A DNA stretch of 64,000 nt from Saccharofermentanales bacterium (GTDB taxonomy: Bacteria; Bacillota; Clostridia; Saccharofermentanales; UBA5734). Below, one piece after another: positions 44,372 through 55,368 of this stretch. The notes below the pieces were generated by a model that was not told the DNA's origin, did not search any database, and worked only from the letters and a program-made list of their open reading frames with translations. Within the stretch, counting starts at the first letter, position 1. Each line of letters opens with the position of its first letter. The translations under genes were made by a program, and so were the position numbers. Where the stretch lies: contig JBBQKF010000003.1 of NCBI GenBank assembly GCA_038326615.1, forward strand, positions 5,334 through 69,333, read 5' to 3'.

Positions 44372-45700
44372 ATGGAAGAAATAAAAGACATAAGAATAAT
44401 AAAGTCAGATGGTAGTGATTTAAATGTTTTAGCTGAAAAACTTGGACTTAGAAACAAAATGGAACAGGCTGATGTGATAAGTTCGGTCACTGAAATTATC
44501 AAAAAAGTGAAAGATAGCGGTGACGATGCTATTTGTTTTTATGCAGAGAAATTTGATAGTGCTAAACTGACATCTGACATGCTTAAGGTTACACAAGAAG
44601 AGATAGAGGTTGCTGTTAAGTCAATCGATAAGGATCTTCTTGAAATTCTTTTTAAGGCAAGGGATAGTATTTTTGAATTTCACTCGGCACAAAAGACGCC
44701 TGATGTGGTTATAGACAAAGGAAATGGAGCAACGGTCTCGATGATTGTAAGACCGTTGCAGATAGTCGGGGTTTACGTTCCCGGGGGGACAGCCCCGCTC
44801 CCGTCATCTGTGCTGATGAACATTTTACCAGCGAAAGCAGCTTGCGTGCCACGAATTGTTATGTGCACGCCGCCTCGCAAAGACGGGAGCGTGGACCCGA
44901 TAATCCTCGCGGCAGCGAAAATTGCAGGAGCCGACGAGGTTTATCGGATTGGCGGCGCCCAGGCAATAGCAGCAATGGCGTACGGCACCGCCACTGTCCC
45001 CCAGGTCGACAAAATCTGCGGGCCTGGTAACATTTACGTCAACACCGCCAAACGCCTTGTTTACGGCGTTGTTGACATCGACATGTTCGCTGGCCCAAGC
45101 GAAATCCTGATTCTTGCCGACAAGACAGCAAATCCATCATACTTAGCAACAGATTTGCTGTCACAAGCAGAACACGACAAACTCGCATCAGCAATACTAA
45201 TAACAGACAATGAAGAAATTGCGATAGAAACAGCAAAACAATTAAAACAAAGAGCCCAATTGATGCCGCGAAAAGAAATTCTTAAGTACTCACTAGCTGA
45301 TTATTGTGCAATTGTAATTGTCCCCGATCTTAAGGTAGCAATCAAATTTACAAATCTTTTAGCACCAGAACATCTTGAACTTTGCATCGATAATCCAAGA
45401 TCTATAATCCCCGAAATATTAAATGCCGGAGCCATTTTTGTTGGCCATTTCAGCCCAGAGCCATTAGGTGATTACTTCGCAGGACCTAATCATGTTCTTC
45501 CGACAAGCGGAACAGCAAGGTTTTTCTCGCCGCTTAACACTGCGGATTTTATAAAGAAAACCAGTGTAATCGAATATACTAAAAATGCGCTTCAGACGTG
45601 TTATTCGGACATCGCTAAATTTGCAGGTTCAGAACAGCTCGACTGTCACGCACAATCAATGTTAGTAAGATTTGAGGAGGACATTCTTTCAAAAAACTAG
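44372..45700 (+). CDS. hisD: Histidinol dehydrogenase
   Basis: GVYVPGG, GGAQAIAAMAYG, AGPSE, LSQAEHD, APEHLEL. Confidence 0.97.
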   Translation: MEEIKDIRIIKSDGSDLNVLAEKLGLRNKMEQADVISSVTEIIKKVKDSGDDAICFYAEKFDSAKLTSDMLKVTQEEIEVAVKSIDKDLLEILFKARDSIFEFHSAQKTPDVVIDKGNGATVSMIVRPLQIVGVYVPGGTAPLPSSVLMNILPAKAACVPRIVMCTPPRKDGSVDPIILAAAKIAGADEVYRIGGAQAIAAMAYGTATVPQVDKICGPGNIYVNTAKRLVYGVVDIDMFAGPSEILILADKTANPSYLATDLLSQAEHDKLASAILITDNEEIAIETAKQLKQRAQLMPRKEILKYSLADYCAIVIVPDLKVAIKFTNLLAPEHLELCIDNPRSIIPEILNAGAIFVGHFSPEPLGDYFAGPNHVLPTSGTARFFSPLNTADFIKKTSVIEYTKNALQTCYSDIAKFAGSEQLDCHAQSMLVRFEEDILSKN

Positions 45701-45989
45701 AGGCTTTATTAAAATTTGTTTTCAGAAATAGACATCACAATAAATCAATTAATTCTGGAAATCAATCAAATGTTTTGAATTTATTGTACAAAGGCAATGA
45801 ATATTATACAATCAGAATAGTAAATTTTTATTAGTGATTTGAGCAAAGCTAAATAAAATGTTTACCGCTTTAAAACTTATGATAATGAAATCACATTAAA
45901 TTTTTAAAAAAATTATTATAATAGTTAATTTAGTAGGAATCAGCTAAATCTATTTTAATAAATGAAAAATTCACCAACATGGAGGTCCA

Positions 45990-47054
45990 ATGAGCGATAG
46001 ATTATGGAATGCAAACACAAAAAAATTAATACCTTATGTTCCTGGCGAGCAACCAAGAACGAAATGTATTAAACTGAATACAAACGAAAATCCGTACCCA
46101 CCTTCCCCAAATGTGAAGGATTTACTAAGCGATTTCAAATATGATTCGTTGCGCCTTTATCCAGATCCAACTTCAAGCAATCTCAAAGAAGGACTTGCAG
46201 AATATTACGGTGTAGAAAAGGATGAAATATTTATTGGTAACGGATCCGATGAAGTTCTAGCTTTTGCATTTCAGGCGTTTTTTGATAAAGAAATGCCTGT
46301 AGCTTTTCCAGATATTACTTATAGCTTTTACCCTGTATATGCAAACCTTTATTCAATACCAACAGAGATAATTCCACTTGACGAAAATTTCAACATGCCA
46401 TTAAAGGCAATAAAAGTTTTTAAAGGAGGAGTTGTCCTTGCAAATCCAAATGCCCCGACAGGCATGGCAGAACCGCTTAGTGCAATAATTGATTTGTTGA
46501 AATCAAATCCCGATCGACTTGTGATTATTGATGAGGCGTATATCGATTTTGGAGGAGAGACTGCAACAGGACTTGTTAGAAATTACGAAAATCTGCTTGT
46601 TGTTCAGACTGTTTCTAAATCAAGATCACTTGCAGGTCTAAGAGTGGGATATGCATTTGGCAACCCATCGTTAATAAAAGCACTTGAGTGTATCAGAGAT
46701 TCATTTAATTCATATACAATTGACACCCTTGCACAAAAGGTAGCGCTTGTTGCAATTAAAGATGGCACATGGTTTGAACAAACCCGTGCAAAGATAATTA
46801 AGACCAGAGAATGGTTTATTGCGGCACTTTCAGAACTTGGATTTACCACTCTTCCATCAAAAGCAAATTTTATTTTCACTAAACCATCGAAATCTTGTGC
46901 AAGTGAACTCTATGAACTTTTGAAAGAAAAAGGTATACTTATAAGATATTTTAGAAAACCGAGAATTGACTCATACCTTCGTATAAGCATCGGCACAGAT
47001 GAAGAGATGGAACAACTGCTAATTGCCTTTGAAGAAATTTTGAATCAAAACTAA
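45990..47054 (+). CDS. hisC: Histidinol-phosphate aminotransferase
   Basis: KLNTNENP, GNGSDE, NPNAPTG, DEAY, SKSRSLAGLRVG. Confidence 0.95.
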   Translation: MSDRLWNANTKKLIPYVPGEQPRTKCIKLNTNENPYPPSPNVKDLLSDFKYDSLRLYPDPTSSNLKEGLAEYYGVEKDEIFIGNGSDEVLAFAFQAFFDKEMPVAFPDITYSFYPVYANLYSIPTEIIPLDENFNMPLKAIKVFKGGVVLANPNAPTGMAEPLSAIIDLLKSNPDRLVIIDEAYIDFGGETATGLVRNYENLLVVQTVSKSRSLAGLRVGYAFGNPSLIKALECIRDSFNSYTIDTLAQKVALVAIKDGTWFEQTRAKIIKTREWFIAALSELGFTTLPSKANFIFTKPSKSCASELYELLKEKGILIRYFRKPRIDSYLRISIGTDEEMEQLLIAFEEILNQN

Positions 47055-47119
47055 TTTTTAAAAGAGAGGGCGACTAATTCATTGCATTTTTGAAATGAAT
47101 TAATCATGGGACTTAAAAA

Positions 47120-47707
47120 ATGAGAAAAGCAGAAATTACAAGAGATACTAATGAAACAAGTGTATTTGTTTCAATGAACCTTGACGGCACAGGCAAAACC
47201 GATATTGCAACTGGAATTGGATTTTTAGATCACATGCTTGATTTGCTGGGGAAACACAGTGGTATAGATATTAAAGCAACCTGCAAAGGTGACTTATATG
47301 TCGACGGTCACCATACCGCAGAAGATTTAGGAATTGTTCTTGGTCAGGTGTTTGCAAAAGCACTTGGAGACAAGATGGGAATTAGACGTTACGGAAATGC
47401 AAGAATTCCAATGGATGAAGCTCTCGTTTGTGTGGATTTAGATATTTCAGGCAGACCTTATCTTACAATTAACGCTTCAATTAGCGCAGCTAAAGTCGGA
47501 GATTTTGATACAGAACTTGTTGAAGAATTCTTCAGAGCATTTTCGCACAATAGTGGGATTACTCTTCATATCAACTGTGATTACGGCAGAAATGCTCACC
47601 ATATTATAGAAGGAATCTTCAAAGCACTGGCAAAAGCTCTCAGAACAGCTATTGAAATTGACCCAAGATTTGCAAATGAAATACCATCAACTAAGGGCCT
47701 GTTGTGA
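47120..47707 (+). CDS. hisB: Imidazoleglycerol-phosphate dehydratase
   Basis: GFLDHML, DGHHTAED, NAHHIIE, PSTKG. Confidence 0.97.
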   Translation: MRKAEITRDTNETSVFVSMNLDGTGKTDIATGIGFLDHMLDLLGKHSGIDIKATCKGDLYVDGHHTAEDLGIVLGQVFAKALGDKMGIRRYGNARIPMDEALVCVDLDISGRPYLTINASISAAKVGDFDTELVEEFFRAFSHNSGITLHINCDYGRNAHHIIEGIFKALAKALRTAIEIDPRFANEIPSTKGLL

Positions 47708-47832
47708 TAAAATACTAAGACCAAAATCAGCTACTAATAAATTAGTAGGATGTAAGACTTATCTTGGGACAGTCTTGGAATAATTTAGGAAGAATTATAA
47801 AGCCAAACTAATACTTCGTTTATAGTCATAGA

Positions 47833-47870
47833 AATTAACTAATAATTAACTAATAATTAACTAATAACTA
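47833..47870. repeat. 11-bp tandem repeat x3
   Basis: AATTAACTAAT repeated. Confidence 0.8.
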
Positions 47871-47934
47871 AATGATAAACAATGATTACAATTAGGGAAA
47901 TTCGGAAACAAAAATATTTTGGAGGAAACATATT

Positions 47935-48825
47935 ATGACAAAACAACTTAAAGACACTGATTTTATTGATCTTCCGCTCTTTGTTCGCGGGAAAGTAAGA
48001 AACGTTTATGATTTGGGAGATTCTTTGTTGATTGTTGTAACAGACAGAATTTCAGCTTTTGATGTCGTTTTTGATGAACTTATTCCTGAAAAGGGAAATG
48101 TTCTCAACAGCATTGCAGCTTTCTGGTTTGATTACACGAAAGATATTATCCCAAATCACGTAATTTCAACTGATCCGATGGAATATCCTATGGGGCTTTC
48201 AAAGTTTAATGAAGAATTGAAAGGCCGCTCGATGTGGGTCAAAAAAATTAAAATGCTTCCTGCAGAATGTATAGTTCGTGGATATCTTGAAGGTTCAGCA
48301 CTCAAAGAATACAATGCGACCGGTAAAATAAGCTCGATTGATATGCCAAAGGATTTAAAGCAGGCAGATATTCTTCCAGAACCCCTTTTTACTCCATCCA
48401 CAAAAGCTGATGAAGGACACGATATTAATATAAGCTTCGAAGCCCTTTGCGAAATTATCGGCGAAGAAATGGCAACCAAACTCAAAAAAGCAAGTCTTGA
48501 TCTATATAAGAAAGCCGCAGACTACGCAAAAACAAAAGGTATAATTCTCGCTGATACAAAGTTTGAATTCGGAACAATTGACGGAGAACTTGTTGTTGCA
48601 GATGAAATTTTTACTCCTGACTCTTCAAGATTTTGGGAACTAAGCGATTATGAACCTGGTAGAGCACAAAAAAGTTTTGATAAGCAGTTCCTCAGAGAAT
48701 GGCTCGAAACTCTTGACTGGGACAAGACATATCCGGCACCAGCTCTTCCTGAGAAAATTATTTCTAAAACCTCAGAAAAATATATCGAGGCATACGAAAC
48801 GCTTACCGGTAAAAAATTACTATAA
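47935..48825 (+). CDS. purC: SAICAR synthetase
   Basis: GKVRNVY, TDRISAFD, TPSTKA, ADTKFEFG, TPDSSRFW, DKQFLR. Confidence 0.96.
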   Translation: MTKQLKDTDFIDLPLFVRGKVRNVYDLGDSLLIVVTDRISAFDVVFDELIPEKGNVLNSIAAFWFDYTKDIIPNHVISTDPMEYPMGLSKFNEELKGRSMWVKKIKMLPAECIVRGYLEGSALKEYNATGKISSIDMPKDLKQADILPEPLFTPSTKADEGHDINISFEALCEIIGEEMATKLKKASLDLYKKAADYAKTKGIILADTKFEFGTIDGELVVADEIFTPDSSRFWELSDYEPGRAQKSFDKQFLREWLETLDWDKTYPAPALPEKIISKTSEKYIEAYETLTGKKLL

Positions 48826-48941
48826 GCAATTCACTCATAAGCAACAGTAAATTTTTTGCTTTAAGTATTACTAAACTAATTTCAATAAATTTGCTTCTTG
48901 AACATTGATATTGGAATCATATTTAAAAAAAAATTAGAAAG

Positions 48942-49187
48942 ACTAGTAAAAAGAACTAGTAAAAGAACTAGTAAAATAACTAGTAAAATAACTAGTAAAA
49001 TAACTAGTAAAAAGAACTAGTAAAATAACTAGTAAAATAACTAGTAAAAAGAACTAGTAAAATAACTAGTAAAAAGAACTAGTAAAAAGCACTAGTAAAA
49101 AGCACTAGTAAAAAGCACTAGTAAAAAGAACTAGTACAAATCACTAGTACAAATCACTAGTACAAATCACTAGTACAAATCACTAGT
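48942..49187. repeat. Array of 20 ACTAGT-cored units of 12-13 bp
   Basis: 20 ACTAGT cores counted by hand, with spacer variants AAAATA, AAAAAGA, AAAAAGC and ACAAATC. Confidence 0.97.
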
Positions 49188-49312
49188 AAGGCTTTTGAAA
49201 ATTTGAAATTTATTTAAAAGACAATGGCTTGATTTTAAAATAGTGTTAATTCAAAAAAGGAAGGTTGATTTGTTCTTGTGATTTTGCGAAGAATAAATCA
49301 TAACTATAAAAA

Positions 49313-50107
49313 ATGATTGCAATAATTGATTATGGAATGGGTAACCTTGCTAGTGTATATAAAGCTCTGATCTATATTGGACAGAAAGCTGTTATAACAA
49401 ATGACCCCGCTGTTGTTAAAGTAGCTGATGCGGTTATACTTCCTGGAGTTGGAGCAATTTCGACTGCTATGAACAATCTCGAAAAATCAGGAATGAAAGA
49501 CGAGATTTATGAAGTAGTAAAACGTAATCAACCTCTTCTCGGAATATGCCTTGGCATGCAGATGCTTTTTGAGACAAGCGAAGAAGGCAGTTGCGAAGGA
49601 AATACAGAAACACTTCCAGAATGTGGTGATGAAGCTAGTTCAGAAAACTTTTATAAGTCTAAATTGGAAGACTATTCTAAGTTAATAGCAGATAACAGTT
49701 CAAGAACCAGCTCAAAAATTTGTTCAGATTCTAGAGATGAAGGCAGCTCAGAATTAAAAACAGAAGGCCAAACAGAACCCAAACTGGTTAAAGGACTTGG
49801 AATTCTTTCAGGTAAAGTGACTTTGATGAAACCATACCCTGAAATAAAGATACCGCATATGGGTTGGAATCATCTTATTGATACTAAGGGCGATTTTTTC
49901 AAAGAAGGAGATGCTGTTTATTTTGTACATTCATATAAAGTTGAGCCTACCGATGATTTGATATCAACTTCGAGAGCGTTTCATGGAGAGTCATTTGTCG
50001 CATCCGTTGAACAAGGTAAAATATGTGCAATGCAGTTTCACCCAGAGAAAAGTGGTGAAGTTGGCCTTGAAATTCTAAAAAAATGGGTTAAATCATTTTC
50101 AATTTAG
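49313..50107 (+). CDS. hisH: Imidazole glycerol phosphate synthase, glutaminase subunit, with ~65-aa insertion
   Basis: IIDYGMGN, LPGVG, GICLGMQ, PHMGWN, YFVHSY, QFHPEKS. Confidence 0.95.
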   Translation: MIAIIDYGMGNLASVYKALIYIGQKAVITNDPAVVKVADAVILPGVGAISTAMNNLEKSGMKDEIYEVVKRNQPLLGICLGMQMLFETSEEGSCEGNTETLPECGDEASSENFYKSKLEDYSKLIADNSSRTSSKICSDSRDEGSSELKTEGQTEPKLVKGLGILSGKVTLMKPYPEIKIPHMGWNHLIDTKGDFFKEGDAVYFVHSYKVEPTDDLISTSRAFHGESFVASVEQGKICAMQFHPEKSGEVGLEILKKWVKSFSI

Positions 50108-50447
50108 AATTATTTTACACTAAATATAACATCCAATAAACAAAAACCAACCAACACCATCAGTAAACATTTTTAAAGGTTATGAACACATAATCTGGCA
50201 ATGAAAGTATAGAACAAATTTTGAATGAATAGCATTATTAGAAAAGAGTAAATAACAAAACAAAATATTTTGACTGATTATCATTATAAATTGAACAATT
50301 AGTATTTGTGATGAAATAATGCAAAATTCAAATTTCTGATTTTTTTAGAAACATTACAAAAAAAATATAAATTCGAATGAAGCAGAAAAATAAACCGAAC
50401 AATGCAAAACAAAAAAATATAAAAACAGAAAAAATAATGGGGCGAAA

Positions 50448-51176
50448 ATGACAAATATAAATGACTTTATAATTTATCCGGCTATTGACCTTCTTGGAGG
50501 CAAGTGTGTCAGACTTAGACAAGGCGATTATAATGAGGTGACTGTTTATTCAGACAATCCGATTTTGATGGCTCAGTCTTTTAAAGACGCTGGCTCTAAA
50601 TGGATTCATATGGTTGATCTCGATGCAGCAAAATCAGGAATTCCCACCAATAATCTGATTATCGCTAAAATTGCAGGACAAAAAGATCTCAAAGTCCAAA
50701 CTGGCGGTGGGATAAGAAACATGGATACTTTAGACCGTGTTCTCGATTCAGAAGTGTCCCGTGCTGTGTTAGGAACATCAGCGGTTAAGGATAAGGATTT
50801 TACACAGAAAGCTGTTGCTAAATATGGAAGTCGGATTGCAATCGGAATTGATGCAAGAAACGGGGAAGTTGCCGTTGATGGATGGACTACTTCTAGTGGA
50901 ATGAAGGTTCTTGATTTTGCAAAATTAATGGAGTCAATTGGCGCATCGACAGTAATCTATACAGATATTTCCCGCGATGGAATGCTTTCCGGAACTGAAA
51001 CGTTAGGCATTAGAGAATTAGTTTTGGAAACTAAACTTTCCGTAATCGCTTCAGGAGGAATTGGTGTAATGCAAGATGTTTTTGATGCAAAATCAACTGG
51101 CGCAAGCGGTGTAATCATTGGCAAAGCGATTTATGAAGGAAAGGTGGATCTTAAAATATGCTTACAAAGCGTATAA
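50448..51176 (+). CDS. hisA: ProFAR isomerase
   Basis: PAIDL, VRLRQG, HMVDLD, TDISRDG, IASGG. Confidence 0.96.
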   Translation: MTNINDFIIYPAIDLLGGKCVRLRQGDYNEVTVYSDNPILMAQSFKDAGSKWIHMVDLDAAKSGIPTNNLIIAKIAGQKDLKVQTGGGIRNMDTLDRVLDSEVSRAVLGTSAVKDKDFTQKAVAKYGSRIAIGIDARNGEVAVDGWTTSSGMKVLDFAKLMESIGASTVIYTDISRDGMLSGTETLGIRELVLETKLSVIASGGIGVMQDVFDAKSTGASGVIIGKAIYEGKVDLKICLQSV

Positions 51177-51922
51177 TTCCATGCCTCGACGTTAAAGACG
51201 GGCGGGTAGTAAAAGGTGTAAATTTTGTTGACTTAATCGATGCAGGCGATCCTGTTGAAGCTGCAAAGGCTTACAATCTTTCGGGCGCAGATGAGCTTGT
51301 TTTTCTTGACATAACTGCAACGCACGAGGACAGAAATACAATGACAGATATGGTATCAAGAGTTGCATCTGAAGTTTTTATACCGTTTTCAGTTGGTGGT
51401 GGAATTCGCAATGTTGAAGACATTCGTGCAATTTTAAATGCTGGAGCAGACAAAGTTTCACTTAATTCTGCGGCAGTCTTAAATCCTGAATTAGTTAAAG
51501 AAGCGTCAGAGATGTTTGGAAGCCAATGTATCATTGTTGCTATTGATGTCAGGAAAAGACCAGAGGGTTGGTATGAAGTTGTAATTGCAGGAGGAAGAAA
51601 ACCTACTGGGCTTGAAGCTGTCGCTTGGGCCAAAAAGGTTGTTTTACTTGGCGCAGGTGAAATTTTGCTAACGAGCATGGACAAAGATGGAACTAAGTCA
51701 GGTTATGATATTGGAATTACAAGTGAAATTGCAAAGGCTGTTGGTGTTCCAGTCATTGCTTCAGGAGGTGCCGGAAAAATGGAAGATTTCTACGAAGCTA
51801 TTGTAGATGGAAATGCCCAAGCTGTACTTGCTGCAAGTCTTTTCCACTTTGGAGAGATTGAGATAAGAGATTTAAAGAAATACCTTTCAGAAAAAGGCGT
51901 TTCTGTAAGATTAAAAGTATGA
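51158..51922 (+). CDS. hisF: Imidazole glycerol phosphate synthase, cyclase subunit
   Basis: [28 protein letters not shown]. Confidence 0.98.
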   Translation: MLTKRIIPCLDVKDGRVVKGVNFVDLIDAGDPVEAAKAYNLSGADELVFLDITATHEDRNTMTDMVSRVASEVFIPFSVGGGIRNVEDIRAILNAGADKVSLNSAAVLNPELVKEASEMFGSQCIIVAIDVRKRPEGWYEVVIAGGRKPTGLEAVAWAKKVVLLGAGEILLTSMDKDGTKSGYDIGITSEIAKAVGVPVIASGGAGKMEDFYEAIVDGNAQAVLAASLFHFGEIEIRDLKKYLSEKGVSVRLKV

Positions 51923-52163
51923 AAAAGTCTATTTAACAAAAATGAATTGACAGCCATATTAGGGACTTGTAAAATTGTGATAATATTAAACTATAGTTGG
52001 TAATGATAAAATTTGAAATTATACTAGCTAATAAACTGTAAGATGTAATGATAAATTTTCAAAGTAGCAAGAGAAAATTTGGAAAGTCGTAAATGAAATT
52101 TTAGGAAGTTGCAAATGAAAAGGTGAAAAATTACTAGTGAAAGAAATAAATCGGAGGTTAAAA

Positions 52164-52553
52164 TTGGAAAAAGGAATTGAACAGATTTTCGTAGAAAACA
52201 TAGCCCAGAATGGTATTGAACCATCAAAATTATGGGAAAAAATGAAAAAAGACTCATTAGGCTTTGTTGTAGCAATTGCTCAGGATTTTGCTACAAGAGA
52301 TGTTTTGATGCTAGCTTATATGGATGAAGAAGCTTTTTGCAAAACCATTGAAACTGGGCTTATGCACTATCATAGCAGAAGTCGCGGCAGTCTTTGGCTT
52401 AAAGGCGAAACTTCGGGGCATGTTCAAAGAATTGTCGAAGCCAGAATCGATTGCGACCTTGATGCATTACTTTTTTTGATAGACCAGAGAGGGAATGCCT
52501 GTCATACAGGCGCCATGAGCTGTTTTTACAGAATTCTTGAAGAAATTGAATAG
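52164..52553 (+). CDS. hisI: Phosphoribosyl-AMP cyclohydrolase (TTG start after GGAGGT; GTG 52137 possible)
   Basis: SRSR..LWLKGETSGH, DCDLD, ACHTG..SCF. Confidence 0.93.
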   Translation: MEKGIEQIFVENIAQNGIEPSKLWEKMKKDSLGFVVAIAQDFATRDVLMLAYMDEEAFCKTIETGLMHYHSRSRGSLWLKGETSGHVQRIVEARIDCDLDALLFLIDQRGNACHTGAMSCFYRILEEIE

Positions 52554-52738
52554 TTTATGAAAAACTGTTAGAATGTAACCATACTAGTTTAATTATACTT
52601 ATTATAATGATAAAAATGAGGCTTAGCGTTTAGATACAATATAGACCAAGTTATTTTTAGAATCAGATTGTTATAATCGAAATTTAATTAGTTAGGGTGA
52701 AAAGATTACAATAATATATGTAAGATGGAGGAATTAAA

Positions 52739-53026
52739 ATGAGTAATATAGGAATAATCATGGATGAATTATATGGTGTGGTACAAGATAGAGTTGCTAA
52801 CCCCAAAGAGGGTTCTTACACGAATTATCTTCTCGAAAAAGGTGTTGATAAGATTGCTAAAAAAGTTGGAGAAGAAGCATGTGAAGTTATAATTGCAGCT
52901 AAAAATGGAATAAAGAAAGATACATTATCAGAAATTTCAGACTTGCTTTATCACTTGACGGTTTTATTGGTTGAACAAGAAATATCACTTGATGAAGTTT
53001 ATGAAGAGCTCAAAAAGAGACGATAG
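52739..53026 (+). CDS. hisE: Phosphoribosyl-ATP diphosphatase
   Basis: GSYT, KKVGEEA.E, DLLYH. Confidence 0.95.
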   Translation: MSNIGIIMDELYGVVQDRVANPKEGSYTNYLLEKGVDKIAKKVGEEACEVIIAAKNGIKKDTLSEISDLLYHLTVLLVEQEISLDEVYEELKKRR

Positions 53027-53122
53027 AATTAATTTCAATTCTAAATATTGCTGCAATAATAAGATTATTATCGGTAAATAGTAAACTTAACGAAGAATGT
53101 TAAATAAGAAAAGAGTAGAAAA

Positions 53123-54115
53123 ATGGCAAAAATAGAACACCACACGCATGTTACACTTGAAGAACTCGAAGATAATTTAACGAGATTTCGACTTAAGGAT
53201 TATATAAGGCAATGTGAAGATGAATTTGATGCTTTAGTAATCGGAATTGCAGAACAGGCACGTAAAAACCCTATGATACGTGCTATTTTTATATCAGGTC
53301 CGACAGCCTCAGGTAAAACCACTTTTAACCATAAACTAAGTGAATATTTACATAAATCTAACATCCCCACCTGTGAAATATCTCTTGATGATTATTACTA
53401 TTTTCATGAATCCAGAACTGATGAGTATGGGCGACCAGATTATGAGAGCCTTGAAATTCTTGATGTTGATTTGATGGTGAGTCAAATTAAGCAGTTGTTT
53501 AATGGCGATACAGTGAAAGTTCCTTGTTTTGATTTCTCTGTCAAAAATCGTGTTCCCGAAAAAGCGCGCGAACTGACTTTGCCGCATAATGGCGTGTTGC
53601 TTGTAGAAGGGTTACATGGCCTTTCTAAAACGGTTTCTGGAGAATTATCTAAAGAGAAATGGCTTGGTGTCTTCATAATGCCTTTTGCAACTTTAAATGA
53701 CGATTACAAATTACTTGATAAGAGAGATATTAGAATTTTAAGAAGAATATCGCGGGATGTTCTCCATAGAGGTGCAACCGCACTTGCAACAATTGACTAC
53801 TGGCCGATGCTTGATTATTCTGAAGGTGTATATTTTCCAGAATACCTTGCAAATGCGGACATTTATGTTAATTCATTTATTCCTTATGAGTTTTATTGTA
53901 TTGCTCCGGTAGCTCACAATATGATTAAACAGGCTCTTGAAAACTATGGTAACGGTACAATCGTAGATTCGAATTTCACAAGCCACCCCGGATTTGCTCA
54001 GATCGATCTTGCGCTAAAGGAAGCAAACAGGTTGCTTGATGCAACTGCTAAGATTCCCGGTATCAATATTTCATTAGTGCCCGAGACTTCTTTATTAAAT
54101 GAATTTATAAAATAG
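53123..54115 (+). CDS. Uridine/nucleoside kinase-like P-loop protein
   Basis: GPTASGKTT, ISLDDYY, VEGLHGL, R.LRR..RD...RG. Confidence 0.8.
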   Translation: MAKIEHHTHVTLEELEDNLTRFRLKDYIRQCEDEFDALVIGIAEQARKNPMIRAIFISGPTASGKTTFNHKLSEYLHKSNIPTCEISLDDYYYFHESRTDEYGRPDYESLEILDVDLMVSQIKQLFNGDTVKVPCFDFSVKNRVPEKARELTLPHNGVLLVEGLHGLSKTVSGELSKEKWLGVFIMPFATLNDDYKLLDKRDIRILRRISRDVLHRGATALATIDYWPMLDYSEGVYFPEYLANADIYVNSFIPYEFYCIAPVAHNMIKQALENYGNGTIVDSNFTSHPGFAQIDLALKEANRLLDATAKIPGINISLVPETSLLNEFIK

Positions 54116-54449
54116 TTTTAACCAAACAATTTGAGTTTTAGTAAAATATTAAATTGATAAATATGATTTAAGCGGAATATTAGATAATACAATAGCATCA
54201 GTATTTGGAAGATTAAGAATACTCAATACATTTTACACTTATTATAAATAAGAACGGCTATTTTATAGGGGTGTAGCATTTTGTATAAAGCTTACTTGTT
54301 AAAATATTGATAAAAGAATCAAAATACTAGTATAAAAAGATTAAACTCTCGTGATATAATCATAAGCATAAGACATTTATTTGCGGCTCTAAATCATTAC
54401 AAATTATATTCATACACATAATTATTTTTGCAAGGAGGCGGACGAAGAA

Positions 54450-55367
54450 ATGCCAATTCGAATTTCAGATAACCTACCAGCGTTTGACACACTCGAGAAA
54501 GAGCATATCTTTGTTATGCGCGATACCGTCGCTTACAACCAGCACATAAGACCTCTGAAAATTTTGATTTTAAATCTCATGCCCACAAAGATAGTAACAG
54601 AAACACAGCTTTTAAGGCTTTTAGGGAATACACCTCTACAAGTAGAAGTAGATTTGTTATATACAACAAGTTATCAGCCGAAGAATATCTCAGAAGACCA
54701 TCTTGTAAATTTTTACGAAACATTCGAGGTCGTTAAGAAACGTCGCTATGATGGAATGATAATAACCGGTGCTCCAGTTGAGCAAATGCCTTTTGAGGAA
54801 GTTGCTTATTGGAAAGAACTTGTTGAAATAATGGAATGGAGCAAGACACACGTGTATTCGACAATGCATATATGCTGGGGTGCACAAGCAGGCCTTTATT
54901 ATCACTATGGCATTCCGAAATATGATATGACTAATAAAATGTTTGGCATCTTTGAACACAAACATAAATGGACTAAACCTGTTAAACTTATCAGGGGGTT
55001 CGATGATGTATTTTATGTTCCACACTCACGACATACTGAAATAAGACGAGAAGATATACTTCCCGTTCAGGACTTAAGGCTAATTGCGGAATCCGACGAA
55101 TCAGGCGTATTTGCAGTAGCTGACCTTACAGGACGCAAAATATTTTTGACAGGCCATCTTGAGTATGATCCTGGTACCCTTAAGGCTGAGTATGTTCGTG
55201 ACCTTAAAAAAGGTCTTCCGATTGAAATTCCGCGCAATTATTTCCCGGGTGACGATCCTTCTAAGGCTCCTATAGTAAGATGGAGAAGTGCTGCTAATCT
55301 TTTATTTTCGAATTGGCTCAACTATTATGTATATCAGGAAACGCCTTACGACTTGAATTTGCTGTAA
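54450..55367 (+). CDS. metA: MetA-family homoserine O-acyltransferase, probably acetyl-CoA specific
   Basis: ILNLMP, ITGAPVE (Glu at the specificity position), ICWGAQA, PHSRH, GHLEY. Confidence 0.95.
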   Translation: MPIRISDNLPAFDTLEKEHIFVMRDTVAYNQHIRPLKILILNLMPTKIVTETQLLRLLGNTPLQVEVDLLYTTSYQPKNISEDHLVNFYETFEVVKKRRYDGMIITGAPVEQMPFEEVAYWKELVEIMEWSKTHVYSTMHICWGAQAGLYYHYGIPKYDMTNKMFGIFEHKHKWTKPVKLIRGFDDVFYVPHSRHTEIRREDILPVQDLRLIAESDESGVFAVADLTGRKIFLTGHLEYDPGTLKAEYVRDLKKGLPIEIPRNYFPGDDPSKAPIVRWRSAANLLFSNWLNYYVYQETPYDLNLL

Positions 55368-55368
55368 A

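Noticed and set aside
48942..49187. CRISPR-like array
   Set aside because: Units are 12-13 bp with repeated, non-unique spacers; this is a minisatellite.
54116..54449. S-box or T-box upstream of metA
   Set aside because: AT-rich spacer without a recognisable SAM-I core or T-box sequence and no terminator.
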